From an uncultured Candidatus Poseidoniales archaeon (lineage in GTDB: Archaea; Thermoplasmatota; Poseidoniia; Poseidoniales; Thalassarchaeaceae): a DNA stretch of 62,697 nucleotides. The notes under the pieces are model-generated. The model saw only the letters and a list, made by a program, of their open reading frames with translations, was not told the origin of the DNA and searched no databases. A program made the translations under genes and the position numbers. Each line of letters starts with the position of its first letter. Position 1 is the first letter of the stretch. The DNA is taken from contig CAZXZO010000006.1 of assembly GCA_964645485.1 (NCBI GenBank), positions 1-62,697 of the forward strand. The letters are read 5' to 3'. Positions 8,956 through 18,992 of this stretch are shown piece by piece.

Positions 8956-11900
8956 TTATCTCGGTGGAGGTGGTGGTGGGCTTCTAGGCAGTGGAGGTAG
9001 TCCAGCGGGAGGAGGTGGAGGACCAGGTGGTTTAGGCACCGCAAGTGGGGCTGGACCCGATGCAGCAAGCGCTGCCGCAATCTCCTGAGAACTGACAGAA
9101 CCCGAAACCATATCGTCACTTGTAACTCCTGTGTCAAGTGCAGCATCCCGTCGTTGTTCTACACTTCCTAAGATGACTGAACCTGAAGAAATGATTTGCT
9201 CACCAGAGTCAAATGTGCTGGAGTTTTTCCTTAGCATTAGTACTGCACCGGCTAAACCCGCCAGCAATATTAGCGCAACTAATCCAACAATCCAACCAGG
9301 GACACCGGCTGCTTCTAGGATATTCAGTAAGCCGCCATCATCACCAGTAAGTGAGGTTGATGACAAATGTATCTCAGTTGAGCCATTAATCAACCCTGCA
9401 TCAGCAGAGGCAGTTGGTACAGCAGTAATCATCAGGTCGGTTGATCCAACGCCATCATCATTGACAATCAAAATTTCGAGAACGGTTGATTCACCTGCAT
9501 CTAGGTTCTGAATTGTTGACAAACCAGTCACCAGCCAACCTTCATTGCCAAGCATTTCGAAGTCGACTTTGCATGCGGTATTACCATCATTCATGACGGT
9601 CATATTGACGGTTCTCTCACCGCCTTTCTCGACCCGCTCAAAGTCGTCTGCATCAACCGATAAAGACAACCATGCACTCTTCTCTCCAATTAGAGAAACT
9701 ATCACACTGCGGGCCAGTTCTTCGCCGCCAGCAGTGGTACCGGTAACTAACAATGTTAGTGATTCAGGTAGTAGCCCAGTTGGTGTCCCGGACGGAGTAA
9801 GAATAGAAATTTGCACTGTCTCTTCACGGTGCATACCTAGAGCATTTGCTGGTGGGGTTTTGAATCCGACTTGCCAATCTTCGGGAAGGCTGCCAAATTC
9901 CCAATCTAGGGACAGTGGTACATTGCCTTGATTGATGACGGTGAATGTGCCATAAGCGGTTTTACCCGGCATTACATTCATTGTATCAAGAGGTGGACCT
10001 AACAAAACTAATTCTGGCCTTTCTTCAACCTTTAGTTCAGTTCTGTTGATGATGAAATTAGACAATGAGAATTGGATTCTGATGTTGATTGTATTTGCGT
10101 CACCATTTGAAACTGTAGCCGGGACAATAACTTGGATTCTACAATCAGCGGACTGGCCTCGCTCAATTGATAATGAAAGTGAATCATCATCCTCTTCACC
10201 ATCACAAGTAAGTCCTAATGGCCAATTTGGATTGGATGGAGTAACTTTGACATTGAGATTTATTGGGACATTTCCAAGATTTGATACAGTTAATGTTAGA
10301 TTGAGGTCTTGCCCATTATTTACAGCCTCATCTAGAGCATTTCCGGCTGCACCAACTGGGACACCCGTGGACGAATACAAATCTGTGCCAAAATCCTCTA
10401 AGATGGCAACAGTAATTGTTGTCGCGTCAGTCTGAGTCAGAGCAGAATTGGTTGCATGTGAGGTAATACAAGAGATGTCTTCGACAACTCCAGCAGCCGG
10501 CTCTCCATCTGACATTGAAGGAACCATTACTCTGACTGCAACTGAAAGGTATTGCAGGCGAGCGAGCGGCTCAAGAGTAATGCTAGATGAATTACCATCG
10601 CCCAAAGAAATACCCCAACGATTTGGAGTCTCACAAGAGATGTTGTAAACGCTAGGCGAATTCCCTGGATTCATTACTGAAACTGAGAATGTTGCCTCTT
10701 CACCCGGTTGTGCTGAAAGTCCAGAAACGCCGGCTAGTGAAGTTATCATTCCGTCAATGTCTTCTACAATAATGGTTAATCTAACGGTATGTGCAACCAC
10801 AGGGGATGAACGATACCACGCGGTCAAATCCACTACGTAAGTGCCAGGTAGAGCAAACAACGGATAGGGCGTTGCCCCAAGGTCTGCGGTATCATCTCTC
10901 AATGTTAAATCAAGTATGATTTCACTATTTTGTCCACCCATCGCTTCAAGTTGGTAGAATGGGTCGATTGAAAGGAATTTCAGCCAATCATCAGCAGGTG
11001 GGTCTAACATTCCATCATCGCGGAGAAGTTGTACTGGAGTCACCCTGAAATCGATACTCTCATTGCTAGTACCTTCGTTTGAAATCTTCAACCTAAAAGT
11101 AGTCTCATCATCAACAGATGGGTCGATGTATCGAACCTTTGCGGCCTCTAATTCAGTTTCACCAACCGGTGGTACACCGGCCTCTGTATACGGGGTGATT
11201 CTAACCCCTATCGCTGACACATTTACCTGTAAATCGTAGACATTATTATTGATTCCAGAGGTGAAATCATTTGGTTCATCTACAGTATCATAGACATCTA
11301 GAGTAAGACGTAAGTCATGGAAACCTGTTGAAGGGAACGCGTGGGTAAAAACCAAAGAGTCTCCTGACCCTCCAGCAAGTCCACTCTTCGACGCATTATA
11401 CAGAAGTTGACCGGTAGTCAAATCTTCAACTTTAACCTCATAAGGTGCGGTTGTTGCTGGTGCTTGGTTAACCCAATTTGCACCAATTATCAATGTTTCA
11501 CTCTCTAATGGGTCATTAGAAGAAATCCACAAACTTGAGGAAACAGTAGCCAAATCGCTGACTGGATTTTCATTACCCATTGCAGTAATTACGATTGCAT
11601 AATTTTGTGAATTCCCACCTGAGTTTGAGACTTGAATTGTCCAGTTACCCGATTGTGTGCTACCTACCTTTACTCTCTCGACATTGTTTAGAGTGTCATA
11701 GGTACCCCCAGTTGTTGAGAATCCATTTGAGAAAACATTTCCTTTGTATGTTGTTCCGTCAGGAGCAGTGACTAACAGATTGAGGTTATTGACTAAACGT
11801 GGAGAAGATTGGCTTGCCGAGGCTGAACCTTCACGGTCATTCCAAACCAAAGTCACAGAGAATCCGTAGCCACCATCTATTCCATATGTGTAAAGGTATG

Positions 11901-13731
11901 AATACCCAGGCGTAAGAGATTGATTTTGGTCGAAGAAAGTATTCAACGCCAAAATTCCACTAGTTGGGTAAATACTGCGTTGCAAATCGAGTTGCCCCCA
12001 TCCTTCATCGGAATTAGGAATATCTGCTGAACCCAAATCTTTAGCGCCATTTATCAGAATTGCCCGAATCAAATCGCTCCTTGGCTGATTTACATTCATG
12101 TAGTCGCGAAGGAATTGACGGACAAGCACTGTTGCACCTGCTGCAACTGGAGTTGCCGCAGATGTACCATCAGCCTTCATGTACATCGGGTCATTATTTC
12201 CGTGTCTTGCATTCGAACAAGATGGACCTGCTGGATATTGGGCTTCTTCAGCCCTTGCTGAACAAATTTGTACACCCGGTGCGACAATATCTGGTTTGAT
12301 TCTGCCGTCAAGGGTGTTACCTTGACTGGAAAAAGATGCAACTTGACCAACAGATGCTGTTAGTGGTCTACCTGTTGTGGATGCACCAACTGTTAGGACA
12401 TTCTTTGCTGTTGAGGGCGGCGACACAGTAGTTTGACCGGCAGCCCCATCGTTGCCGGCTGCAAATAAAACGGTATAATCTCCGTAATCATCCATGAAAG
12501 AGTCTGCTGACCGACTGTCAGAGGTATATTGCCCACCCATATTCTCAGCCCCCCAAGAATTACTGTGAACCCCAGCGGATTGTTGGCGAGAGTGTCTGAA
12601 CATATCATATAACGAGCCCCAACGAGCGAGTTGCCCGGATTGGTCGTGCTCTAATTGGTAGAATTGGAAGGTGGTGGCGGGAGCCATACCTTGGTAGGTC
12701 GAATCACCTGAACCATCACCAAGCATGATGCCTGCAACATGAGTCCCGTGGCCAGTATTAGTGTCAGCACCTGAGTTATCAGGTCCGAAATTGTTGTAGA
12801 TTGTCAACAAACGTCCGGTGAAATCTCCATGATCTGAATCTAAGCCGGAATCAGAAATTGCTGCAACTTCTCCTGTGCCATCCAAACCGCTATTGTGATT
12901 ATTCACAACTTCATCAATTCTAGCAATATTTCGAGCATAATCATTCGCAAGAACTAGTTTACTACTTGGTTCAGTGAACAAGATTCTGCCATCGTTAGCA
13001 AGAACTATCATCCAAGCAGGGTCAATCCCCTTAACTTGACATAACCAAGCATCACAACGGACTTCTTCTGCACCTGTTGAAGAAAGATGCTCCTGTAATC
13101 CCTCTATTTGTTCAATTGAAAGGTCGCCAGCAGGTGTAACATCAATATCAATCGCTGGTCCCGTTGCCCCACCTAGAGCATCCAAAGAAATTTGCATTAA
13201 ATCTGAATGGATTCTCCATCCAGGATGTTGAACAATTACTGCCCGGATTGAAGGGTGATTAGACAATTCTTCTATTGCCGTTATGGCAGCAGTAGAATCA
13301 GCAGGCAATCTAACCAAATAACTGTCATCAGGTATGTAATCCAAATCCACTAATCCAAGACGGGTTATCAATTCTTCAAACAAAGTGTAATCGTGTTCTA
13401 CAAGTTGAACGATTGCAAATCTCGTATTATCAATATCAAAGTGGTCACGATATGCTTCTGGCGGTAATGGGGGGGATTCACTAGTCGGGTCAAAAGAACC
13501 CAAAATAGTGTGAATTTGATGAGATGATTCCGTGAGAGGCACTGATGGGCCATCAGTTGGAGATGCACTATTCCATTGCGAAGCCGCTTGTTCAGCAGTC
13601 CACTGAGTAACCGATTCCTCAAGTTGCGAAGTATCGGACACAGGGTATTCTCCGTCACTATTCACTAGGCTTGCCCAAGATGTCATGAGCATCAGAAAAA
13701 CGAGGAGGACAGGGGCTAATGCTCGACGCAT
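8956..13731 (-). CDS. Large secreted, C-terminally membrane-anchored S8 (subtilisin, Kp43-like) serine protease with Ig-like stalk
   Basis: Signal peptide; triad ISDSG (D), GHGTHVAG (H) and GTSAATP (S); KPDIVAPG; five V-x-N-x-G-N Ig-like repeats; TM segment WIVGLVALILLAGLAGAVLML; polyproline C-terminus. Confidence 0.92.
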   Translation of the reverse strand: MRRALAPVLLVFLMLMTSWASLVNSDGEYPVSDTSQLEESVTQWTAEQAASQWNSASPTDGPSVPLTESSHQIHTILGSFDPTSESPPLPPEAYRDHFDIDNTRFAIVQLVEHDYTLFEELITRLGLVDLDYIPDDSYLVRLPADSTAAITAIEELSNHPSIRAVIVQHPGWRIHSDLMQISLDALGGATGPAIDIDVTPAGDLSIEQIEGLQEHLSSTGAEEVRCDAWLCQVKGIDPAWMIVLANDGRILFTEPSSKLVLANDYARNIARIDEVVNNHNSGLDGTGEVAAISDSGLDSDHGDFTGRLLTIYNNFGPDNSGADTNTGHGTHVAGIMLGDGSGDSTYQGMAPATTFQFYQLEHDQSGQLARWGSLYDMFRHSRQQSAGVHSNSWGAENMGGQYTSDSRSADSFMDDYGDYTVLFAAGNDGAAGQTTVSPPSTAKNVLTVGASTTGRPLTASVGQVASFSSQGNTLDGRIKPDIVAPGVQICSARAEEAQYPAGPSCSNARHGNNDPMYMKADGTSAATPVAAGATVLVRQFLRDYMNVNQPRSDLIRAILINGAKDLGSADIPNSDEGWGQLDLQRSIYPTSGILALNTFFDQNQSLTPGYSYLYTYGIDGGYGFSVTLVWNDREGSASASQSSPRLVNNLNLLVTAPDGTTYKGNVFSNGFSTTGGTYDTLNNVERVKVGSTQSGNWTIQVSNSGGNSQNYAIVITAMGNENPVSDLATVSSSLWISSNDPLESETLIIGANWVNQAPATTAPYEVKVEDLTTGQLLYNASKSGLAGGSGDSLVFTHAFPSTGFHDLRLTLDVYDTVDEPNDFTSGINNNVYDLQVNVSAIGVRITPYTEAGVPPVGETELEAAKVRYIDPSVDDETTFRLKISNEGTSNESIDFRVTPVQLLRDDGMLDPPADDWLKFLSIDPFYQLEAMGGQNSEIILDLTLRDDTADLGATPYPLFALPGTYVVDLTAWYRSSPVVAHTVRLTIIVEDIDGMITSLAGVSGLSAQPGEEATFSVSVMNPGNSPSVYNISCETPNRWGISLGDGNSSSITLEPLARLQYLSVAVRVMVPSMSDGEPAAGVVEDISCITSHATNSALTQTDATTITVAILEDFGTDLYSSTGVPVGAAGNALDEAVNNGQDLNLTLTVSNLGNVPINLNVKVTPSNPNWPLGLTCDGEEDDDSLSLSIERGQSADCRIQVIVPATVSNGDANTINIRIQFSLSNFIINRTELKVEERPELVLLGPPLDTMNVMPGKTAYGTFTVINQGNVPLSLDWEFGSLPEDWQVGFKTPPANALGMHREETVQISILTPSGTPTGLLPESLTLLVTGTTAGGEELARSVIVSLIGEKSAWLSLSVDADDFERVEKGGERTVNMTVMNDGNTACKVDFEMLGNEGWLVTGLSTIQNLDAGESTVLEILIVNDDGVGSTDLMITAVPTASADAGLINGSTEIHLSSTSLTGDDGGLLNILEAAGVPGWIVGLVALILLAGLAGAVLMLRKNSSTFDSGEQIISSGSVILGSVEQRRDAALDTGVTSDDMVSGSVSSQEIAAALAASGPAPLAVPKPPGPPPPPAGLPPLPRSPPPPPPR

Positions 13732-13766
13732 TGACTTGGCGACTCAACGCACCCCTTTTGATGGTT

Positions 13767-13783
13767 GACGCTCTAAGAGCGTC
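13767..13783. promoter_or_regulatory. 17-bp palindrome GACGCTC-TAA-GAGCGTC upstream of the S8 protease
   Basis: Perfect 7-8-bp arms, 36-52 nt upstream of the start and just upstream of a CATCAAAAGG box on the minus strand. Confidence 0.45.
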
Positions 13784-13859
13784 TCATGCTCAATTAAAAA
13801 ATCCTGTATTATCCTGCAAAATAACACTCATTGCAGAGGTTGCAGACTTGGCTGTTTAA

Positions 13860-14900
13860 TCACAGGTTGTAGTAGGCATCAATCGCGCTATCTGTTTTTG
13901 CAACACTTGCTTGCCAATCATTCTCAGTTCCCATCAAAGCGCGGATACAGTCAACATTCTCTGGAATCACGTCGCTTTCTTGATGAATCGCCTGGAAGTA
14001 ATACAGTCTGTCACCTTGTAGTGAAACACCATCTTCCCATACGAATATCTCATGTAAATCGCCCCACTTACGGCCAATATCACGAGCCATTTCCATCACT
14101 TCTGCAGTGGTAGTAATTCTATTTGCAGCACCATGCATTATGATCACCCTTGGAGTCTCTCGCCACATGTCAAGTATGCTTTCGGTGGTAAGGCCGTGAC
14201 CCGCTGGTAAATCAGCGATTATTGCATGCGCATGCATGATAGTTGTTGGAACCGCAACTGCTAGTGAATTGATTTCAATTTCTGGCTTTACTGTCATCAC
14301 ATCCGGGCCATGATGACTTGGCACTTTGAGCACTGGTTTAATCGCATTAATAGGCCCTTTACCAGAATCACCCGGGTCAGCAGCCCTTCGAATCATAGTG
14401 CATTCAACTTTTAGTGAACCACAGTGTTCATACAAAGGAACTAATGTCCTTGAAAGCCCTGTTGTGTTGCAAGAAACTACTCGTGTTCCTTCAACATTAA
14501 GATTCTCAAGATGGTTGGCAGAACTTGTGTATGAGCGACCGGTTAGGGAATGCTTTTCCCCGCCTTGGAACATGTATTTCACCCCTGCAGCTTGATATTT
14601 TGCAAGGTTTTCTGCACCCATTTTACCCGGAGAGCAATCCACAACTACATCAGCGATTGAGAGCAGGTCCGAAAGTCCACCAGCACATTCGTATCCTTGA
14701 GCAGCGAATCTAGCAATTCTGTCGGAGTCATCAAACGTACAATAAAGTGGAAATCCTTTCTTAACCGCTAAATCACAACCGAATGAAGGGCCGGTTTTTG
14801 TTACGCCAACAATTTCCATATCGTCTTGCGCATCAACTGCATCAGCCACACGCTTTCCAATCGTTCCAAATCCATTTATTGCGACCTTGATTTTCGACAT
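13860..14900 (-). CDS. gap: Glyceraldehyde-3-phosphate dehydrogenase, archaeal type II
   Basis: NGFGTIGKRVADAV, catalytic VVSCNTTGLSR, SHHGPDV and QAIHQESDVIPENVDCIRA. Confidence 0.97.
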   Translation of the reverse strand: MSKIKVAINGFGTIGKRVADAVDAQDDMEIVGVTKTGPSFGCDLAVKKGFPLYCTFDDSDRIARFAAQGYECAGGLSDLLSIADVVVDCSPGKMGAENLAKYQAAGVKYMFQGGEKHSLTGRSYTSSANHLENLNVEGTRVVSCNTTGLSRTLVPLYEHCGSLKVECTMIRRAADPGDSGKGPINAIKPVLKVPSHHGPDVMTVKPEIEINSLAVAVPTTIMHAHAIIADLPAGHGLTTESILDMWRETPRVIIMHGAANRITTTAEVMEMARDIGRKWGDLHEIFVWEDGVSLQGDRLYYFQAIHQESDVIPENVDCIRALMGTENDWQASVAKTDSAIDAYYNL

Positions 14901-14918
14901 TCACTGACCACACATGCC

Positions 14919-14930
14919 GTTGCCGGCAAC
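14919..14930. promoter_or_regulatory. Perfect 12-bp palindrome GTTGCCGGCAAC in the gap leader region
   Basis: Self-complementary sequence 19-30 nt upstream of the gap ATG, in the divergent gap/gltB-like intergenic region. Confidence 0.35.
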
Positions 14931-15112
14931 CCATTGCGAAAGCCAGCAATCTATGAACATCACGGATGATTAACAACCTAATTTTTGTCAGAATTCAAAC
15001 AACAAGTTTCAGTTTGGACATCGCCCAAAGGGCGTTAATTAGCAAAATCACGGACCACTTTGTGCGTCAGCATCAAGAACAAAGCGGCATCCAAGGGGGT
15101 AGAGGTAGTACC

Positions 15113-16687
15113 ATGCGAGAGATGGTTGAGAAGAGTATTCAGTTGAATCGTGAACTCGATGCCCTTCTTGTTCGCGCCCTTGAATCAAACAAGGCAATTA
15201 AAATTGGCTGGGGTCGAGGAGATGACCCAAAACCTCGCAATGGCGAGATGGGTGTTGCTTCACATCTTCCCCTCGGAGCGAGGGTTCGACTCCTAGGCAA
15301 CATTGGAGATTTGGCGGCAATTTGTTCAGAAGGTGGTAATTTCACCCTTGAGGGTGAGGCTGGTGGTTGGTTTGGGGCCTGGAACCGAGGAGCTACTCTT
15401 GTTGTTGAGCAACAATGTGGTGCTAGACTAGGTTTGAATCAAGAAGATGGAAAAATCATTTGCCATAAATCATCTGGGTCTGAAACTGCTGCAGGAATGA
15501 CAGGCGGATTAGTTGTTGTCAGGGGTTCGGCTGGAAAGCGGGCCGGAGCGGGCATGAAAGGTGGAACCTTGGTTATCATGGGTGACGCATCATCTGATAT
15601 TGGAACCAATATGGAGGGTGGCCAAATTATCGTTAATGGCAGGTGCCCACCACCTGGTGAAGGTGCAGTCAGTATTGCACTTAGCACCGAAAAATTAACT
15701 GAAATCAACGAAATGCTAGATGATATCAATCTCAAAATAGATTCAGATGCTGCTTTGATAGTCACCGATAGTGAGCATTCAACATCAGTTTCCACACCGG
15801 CAAGAGGGATTGACTCTCAATTTGATGCAATCACAATTGTTTCTGGCGGAAATCCTAGACTTCACGCACACGCGCCACTAGATTTGTTGACTTTATTGCA
15901 ATTAAGGGGTGAAGAAAAAGGAATGTTACTGCCTCTTCCTATTTTCCCGAGACTTGAGAGTGGAAAGGGGTTGAAAGGAGATTTCCTAAACCGGCAACCA
16001 TGCATAGTAAATACCCACCCAAGGGATATTGACTTGATTAGAATTAGTGAAACCAATCTCCATGATTGTGTAGATGGATTAAGAAACGCTGCAGGAGCAG
16101 TGATTTGTCTCGATGATTTACCGCCAATGAATGATGCTGAATTGGATGCGATGATTGCTTTGGTAAAATCAAAACTTGCTGACGATAAATTTATTCTGCT
16201 TGGTGGAGATGTAGACCGGATTTCAATGATTCATAGAATGGCTGCTGAACTCGACTGCGATGGCGCGATTGCTAACTCTGCAACCGCAGCCCACTTACCC
16301 GCCAGTGCGGTTCTTCCAATGGTTGGCCTGTCAGCAAGGGAACATCAATTGAACCGAAAAGGAGTATCTCAAGGAGTTTCAATACCATGGGAAGCAGGAG
16401 CAAGTGATGCACTCATCATCGCTGCTGCCGGAGCACAGTTCATCGTCACTAACCCTTTTGCAAATTCTGAAATCCCTAAGACTGACAAGGGTAAGGCAGA
16501 GGCTGTTGAAAATTGGTTAGCATGTTTAGATTCAGAAATCCGAGGACAACTAATAGAAATTGGTGAGGATGGCATTGACCAACTCAATCGCCGGCACCTC
16601 AGAGCCCTTGACTCCGACACTGCTAATATGACTGGAATTCGTTTGGCTGGCTATGATAGGCCAATGCCACAATGGCTTGGCCAGTGA
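15113..16687 (+). CDS. GXGXG (GltB3/FwdC-like) beta-helix fused N-terminally to a degenerate GltB2-like FMN TIM barrel
   Basis: Repeats such as VRGSAGKRAGAGMKGGTLVIMGDASSDIGTNMEGGQIIVNG. The C-half resembles archaeal GltB2 (FDAITIV...LPLPIF...ASDALIIAAAGA...EIRGQLIEIGEDGIDQLNRRHLRAL). Start at ATG 15113 after GAGGT. Confidence 0.7.
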   Translation: MREMVEKSIQLNRELDALLVRALESNKAIKIGWGRGDDPKPRNGEMGVASHLPLGARVRLLGNIGDLAAICSEGGNFTLEGEAGGWFGAWNRGATLVVEQQCGARLGLNQEDGKIICHKSSGSETAAGMTGGLVVVRGSAGKRAGAGMKGGTLVIMGDASSDIGTNMEGGQIIVNGRCPPPGEGAVSIALSTEKLTEINEMLDDINLKIDSDAALIVTDSEHSTSVSTPARGIDSQFDAITIVSGGNPRLHAHAPLDLLTLLQLRGEEKGMLLPLPIFPRLESGKGLKGDFLNRQPCIVNTHPRDIDLIRISETNLHDCVDGLRNAAGAVICLDDLPPMNDAELDAMIALVKSKLADDKFILLGGDVDRISMIHRMAAELDCDGAIANSATAAHLPASAVLPMVGLSAREHQLNRKGVSQGVSIPWEAGASDALIIAAAGAQFIVTNPFANSEIPKTDKGKAEAVENWLACLDSEIRGQLIEIGEDGIDQLNRRHLRALDSDTANMTGIRLAGYDRPMPQWLGQ

Positions 16688-16703
16688 ATAGGGGGACATC
16701 GGG

Positions 16704-18464
16704 ATGCCAACCGTGACTTTTGACCACAAAAATCTACAGGCCATCCAATTAAACGCCAACATCACTCATGACCCGGCACTATGGGAAGAAAAATTGGATA
16801 AAATTGGGTGTGTTGTTGAAGAATGTGACGACACCAAGGTAGACATCGAAGTCTTTCCGGACCGCCCAGATTTGCTTAGTGCTGAAACTATGGCTTACGC
16901 AACTAGAACATTCCTGCATAATGCAGATGCTGAACCAACACTTCCCATTGACGCTGGTTCAATCACAATGACCGTTGAGTCATCATTAGAAAATGTACGT
17001 CCAATCATCTATGGAGCAGTAGTTAGGGGTGTGGATACAGGCCATACTAGTGAAGCGCGAGACCAGTTCATCCAGGGTTTGATGGACCACCAAGAAAAGT
17101 TACACTTCGCCTTAGGGAGAGGGAGAAAACGCTCTTCTATTGGAGTGCACGACCTTGCGAATCTTAAGCCACCGTTTAGAGTAAAAACTGTCGATTCAAA
17201 GTACAAATTTGTTCCTTTAGCGATGGAGGAAGAGATGACAATTACGGATATCTTAACCCAACATCCCAAAGGAGTAGAATATGCTCACCTCCTTGAAGGG
17301 TTTGAGAAATTTCCCGTTATTCTAGATGCTTCTGGGGATGTTCTTTCCTTCCCGCCAATCATCAATGGCGCCCACACAACTGTGACTGAATCTACCACAG
17401 ATTTCTTCATTGATGTCACCGGTTGGGATGAAAAAGCATGTGAATCATCTTTACTTCTAGTCTGTCTTTCGATGGCAGTTAGAGGTGGGACAGTTGAGAG
17501 CATTGAGTTGACAGGGTGGGATGGCGAGGTATCCATTTGCCCAAATGGCTCGCCAAAAACCCATAAATTGCCAAAGTCACTCTTGGAAAATGTACTTGGA
17601 AGAGAGTTCACTGATTCAGAGATTTCAGATGCCATCAATCGCATGGGTGGCCGTTTTATTCGTAGGCGAGTTGTGACTGATGGCCCACTTGTTTCAGAGA
17701 GGTGGGCAGATGGGGAAGTTGGCAGTGATGAATATCTAATTGAAATGCCAAGATGGCGCTCAGACATCTTGCACCCCGTCGATATAGTGGAAGAAGTTGC
17801 TACTGGAATTGGTTACGAAGATTTAGGGGTTGCAAATTCGCAACAAAGCATTGCAGGCAACCCACTCTCAAAGATGACACTTCATAGAAGAATTAGAGAG
17901 AGTTTGCAAGGCTGTGGGTTGCAGCAGATACAATCACTCACTTTGTCAAATGAAGATGACCAGTTCATTAAAATGAGGCAAGAAGAAGTAGGTGGTGTGA
18001 CTGAATTGCATAATCCAATAACAATTGAACACACCATAATGAGGCAATATATTCTTCCAAGTTTGCTAAGACTTCTAGCAGCAAATCGCCACCATGAATT
18101 ACCACAAAGAGTGTACGAGTTGGGAACTGTAGTTCATGACCATGAGAATAACGACCGGGTTGCTTGGGGTTGTGCAGAAGTAGGTACTGGATTCACCGGA
18201 GCCAAGGGTATTGCTCAGGCATTGATTAGAGATTTAGGAGTTCAAGAAAATCAAATTGATGTGGAATACAAGCCAATCAAATCCGGCGAGGGGCCTTGGT
18301 TAGAGGGGAGAGGAGCAAACATTCTAATCAAGGGACAAAAAGTTGGTAGTTGTGGAGAAATTGACCCTGCAATCGCTGACTTATTTGAATTAAGAGTCCC
18401 CATTCAGGCTGGTGAATTCGATGTCGAGGCTCTTGGTAAATTAATCCCCGACCCTGTTCACTGA
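16704..18464 (+). CDS. pheT: Phenylalanine--tRNA ligase beta subunit (archaeal type)
   Basis: PDRPDLLSAE, HQEKLH...R...SIGVHDL, VLSFPPIING and PRWRSDILHPVDIVEEVA. Confidence 0.96.
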   Translation: MPTVTFDHKNLQAIQLNANITHDPALWEEKLDKIGCVVEECDDTKVDIEVFPDRPDLLSAETMAYATRTFLHNADAEPTLPIDAGSITMTVESSLENVRPIIYGAVVRGVDTGHTSEARDQFIQGLMDHQEKLHFALGRGRKRSSIGVHDLANLKPPFRVKTVDSKYKFVPLAMEEEMTITDILTQHPKGVEYAHLLEGFEKFPVILDASGDVLSFPPIINGAHTTVTESTTDFFIDVTGWDEKACESSLLLVCLSMAVRGGTVESIELTGWDGEVSICPNGSPKTHKLPKSLLENVLGREFTDSEISDAINRMGGRFIRRRVVTDGPLVSERWADGEVGSDEYLIEMPRWRSDILHPVDIVEEVATGIGYEDLGVANSQQSIAGNPLSKMTLHRRIRESLQGCGLQQIQSLTLSNEDDQFIKMRQEEVGGVTELHNPITIEHTIMRQYILPSLLRLLAANRHHELPQRVYELGTVVHDHENNDRVAWGCAEVGTGFTGAKGIAQALIRDLGVQENQIDVEYKPIKSGEGPWLEGRGANILIKGQKVGSCGEIDPAIADLFELRVPIQAGEFDVEALGKLIPDPVH

Positions 18465-18477
18465 ATTGGCTTACCAA

Positions 18478-18867
18478 TTATTCTGAATAGGGGCTGAATG
18501 AACCGTCTTCAGCTTTCACATATGCTACAGGGTCAAAAGACCCATCCTCTTTCTTGAGGTACCAATATCCATCATCACTTTGTTCATATTGGTTTTCAGA
18601 TGTCGTGCCCATGTCTGTGTCCAAAATATCAACGGCTTGTTCATCTTGTTTTGATTCCACAACTTCTGATTTAGCACTTTCACCGCCTTGCTCTCCACCA
18701 AGATGGGGTTTTGTCAATAAATCAAGAGCGGCTTGATATTGGTCATCCTCAATATGGCTACGGTCAGCCATGATTTCCTCTGCATGATGGTCATCTTTAC
18801 TGTACGTGACAATTTTTTGTGTCTCGGCCTCGGCCGCCTTTTTCTTGAATGGCCATATACCCGCCAT
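18478..18867 (-). CDS. Small acidic hypothetical protein with C-terminal DGYWY/EDGS motifs
   Basis: Plausible from ATG 18867 (MAGIWPFKKK). The longer ORF start overlaps the opposite-strand gene. Ends YEQSDDGYWYLKKEDGSFDPVAYVKAEDGSFSPYSE. Confidence 0.65.
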   Translation of the reverse strand: MAGIWPFKKKAAEAETQKIVTYSKDDHHAEEIMADRSHIEDDQYQAALDLLTKPHLGGEQGGESAKSEVVESKQDEQAVDILDTDMGTTSENQYEQSDDGYWYLKKEDGSFDPVAYVKAEDGSFSPYSE

Positions 18868-18992
18868 AACATAGCGAAGAAGGTCAATACCCTTAGAATG
18901 TCTGTTCCTAACCTTTGAAAATAGATAAAAAATGACTTGTACCACACACAAGCCGGAGCAACTCTTCAAGAACCAAACCAATTCCGAGAACC

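Noticed and set aside
8917-8990. Frameshift truncating the protease tail
   Set aside because: The stop is followed within ~70 nt by the adk promoter-like box and start, leaving no room for a longer tail, and no alternative frame continues meaningfully.
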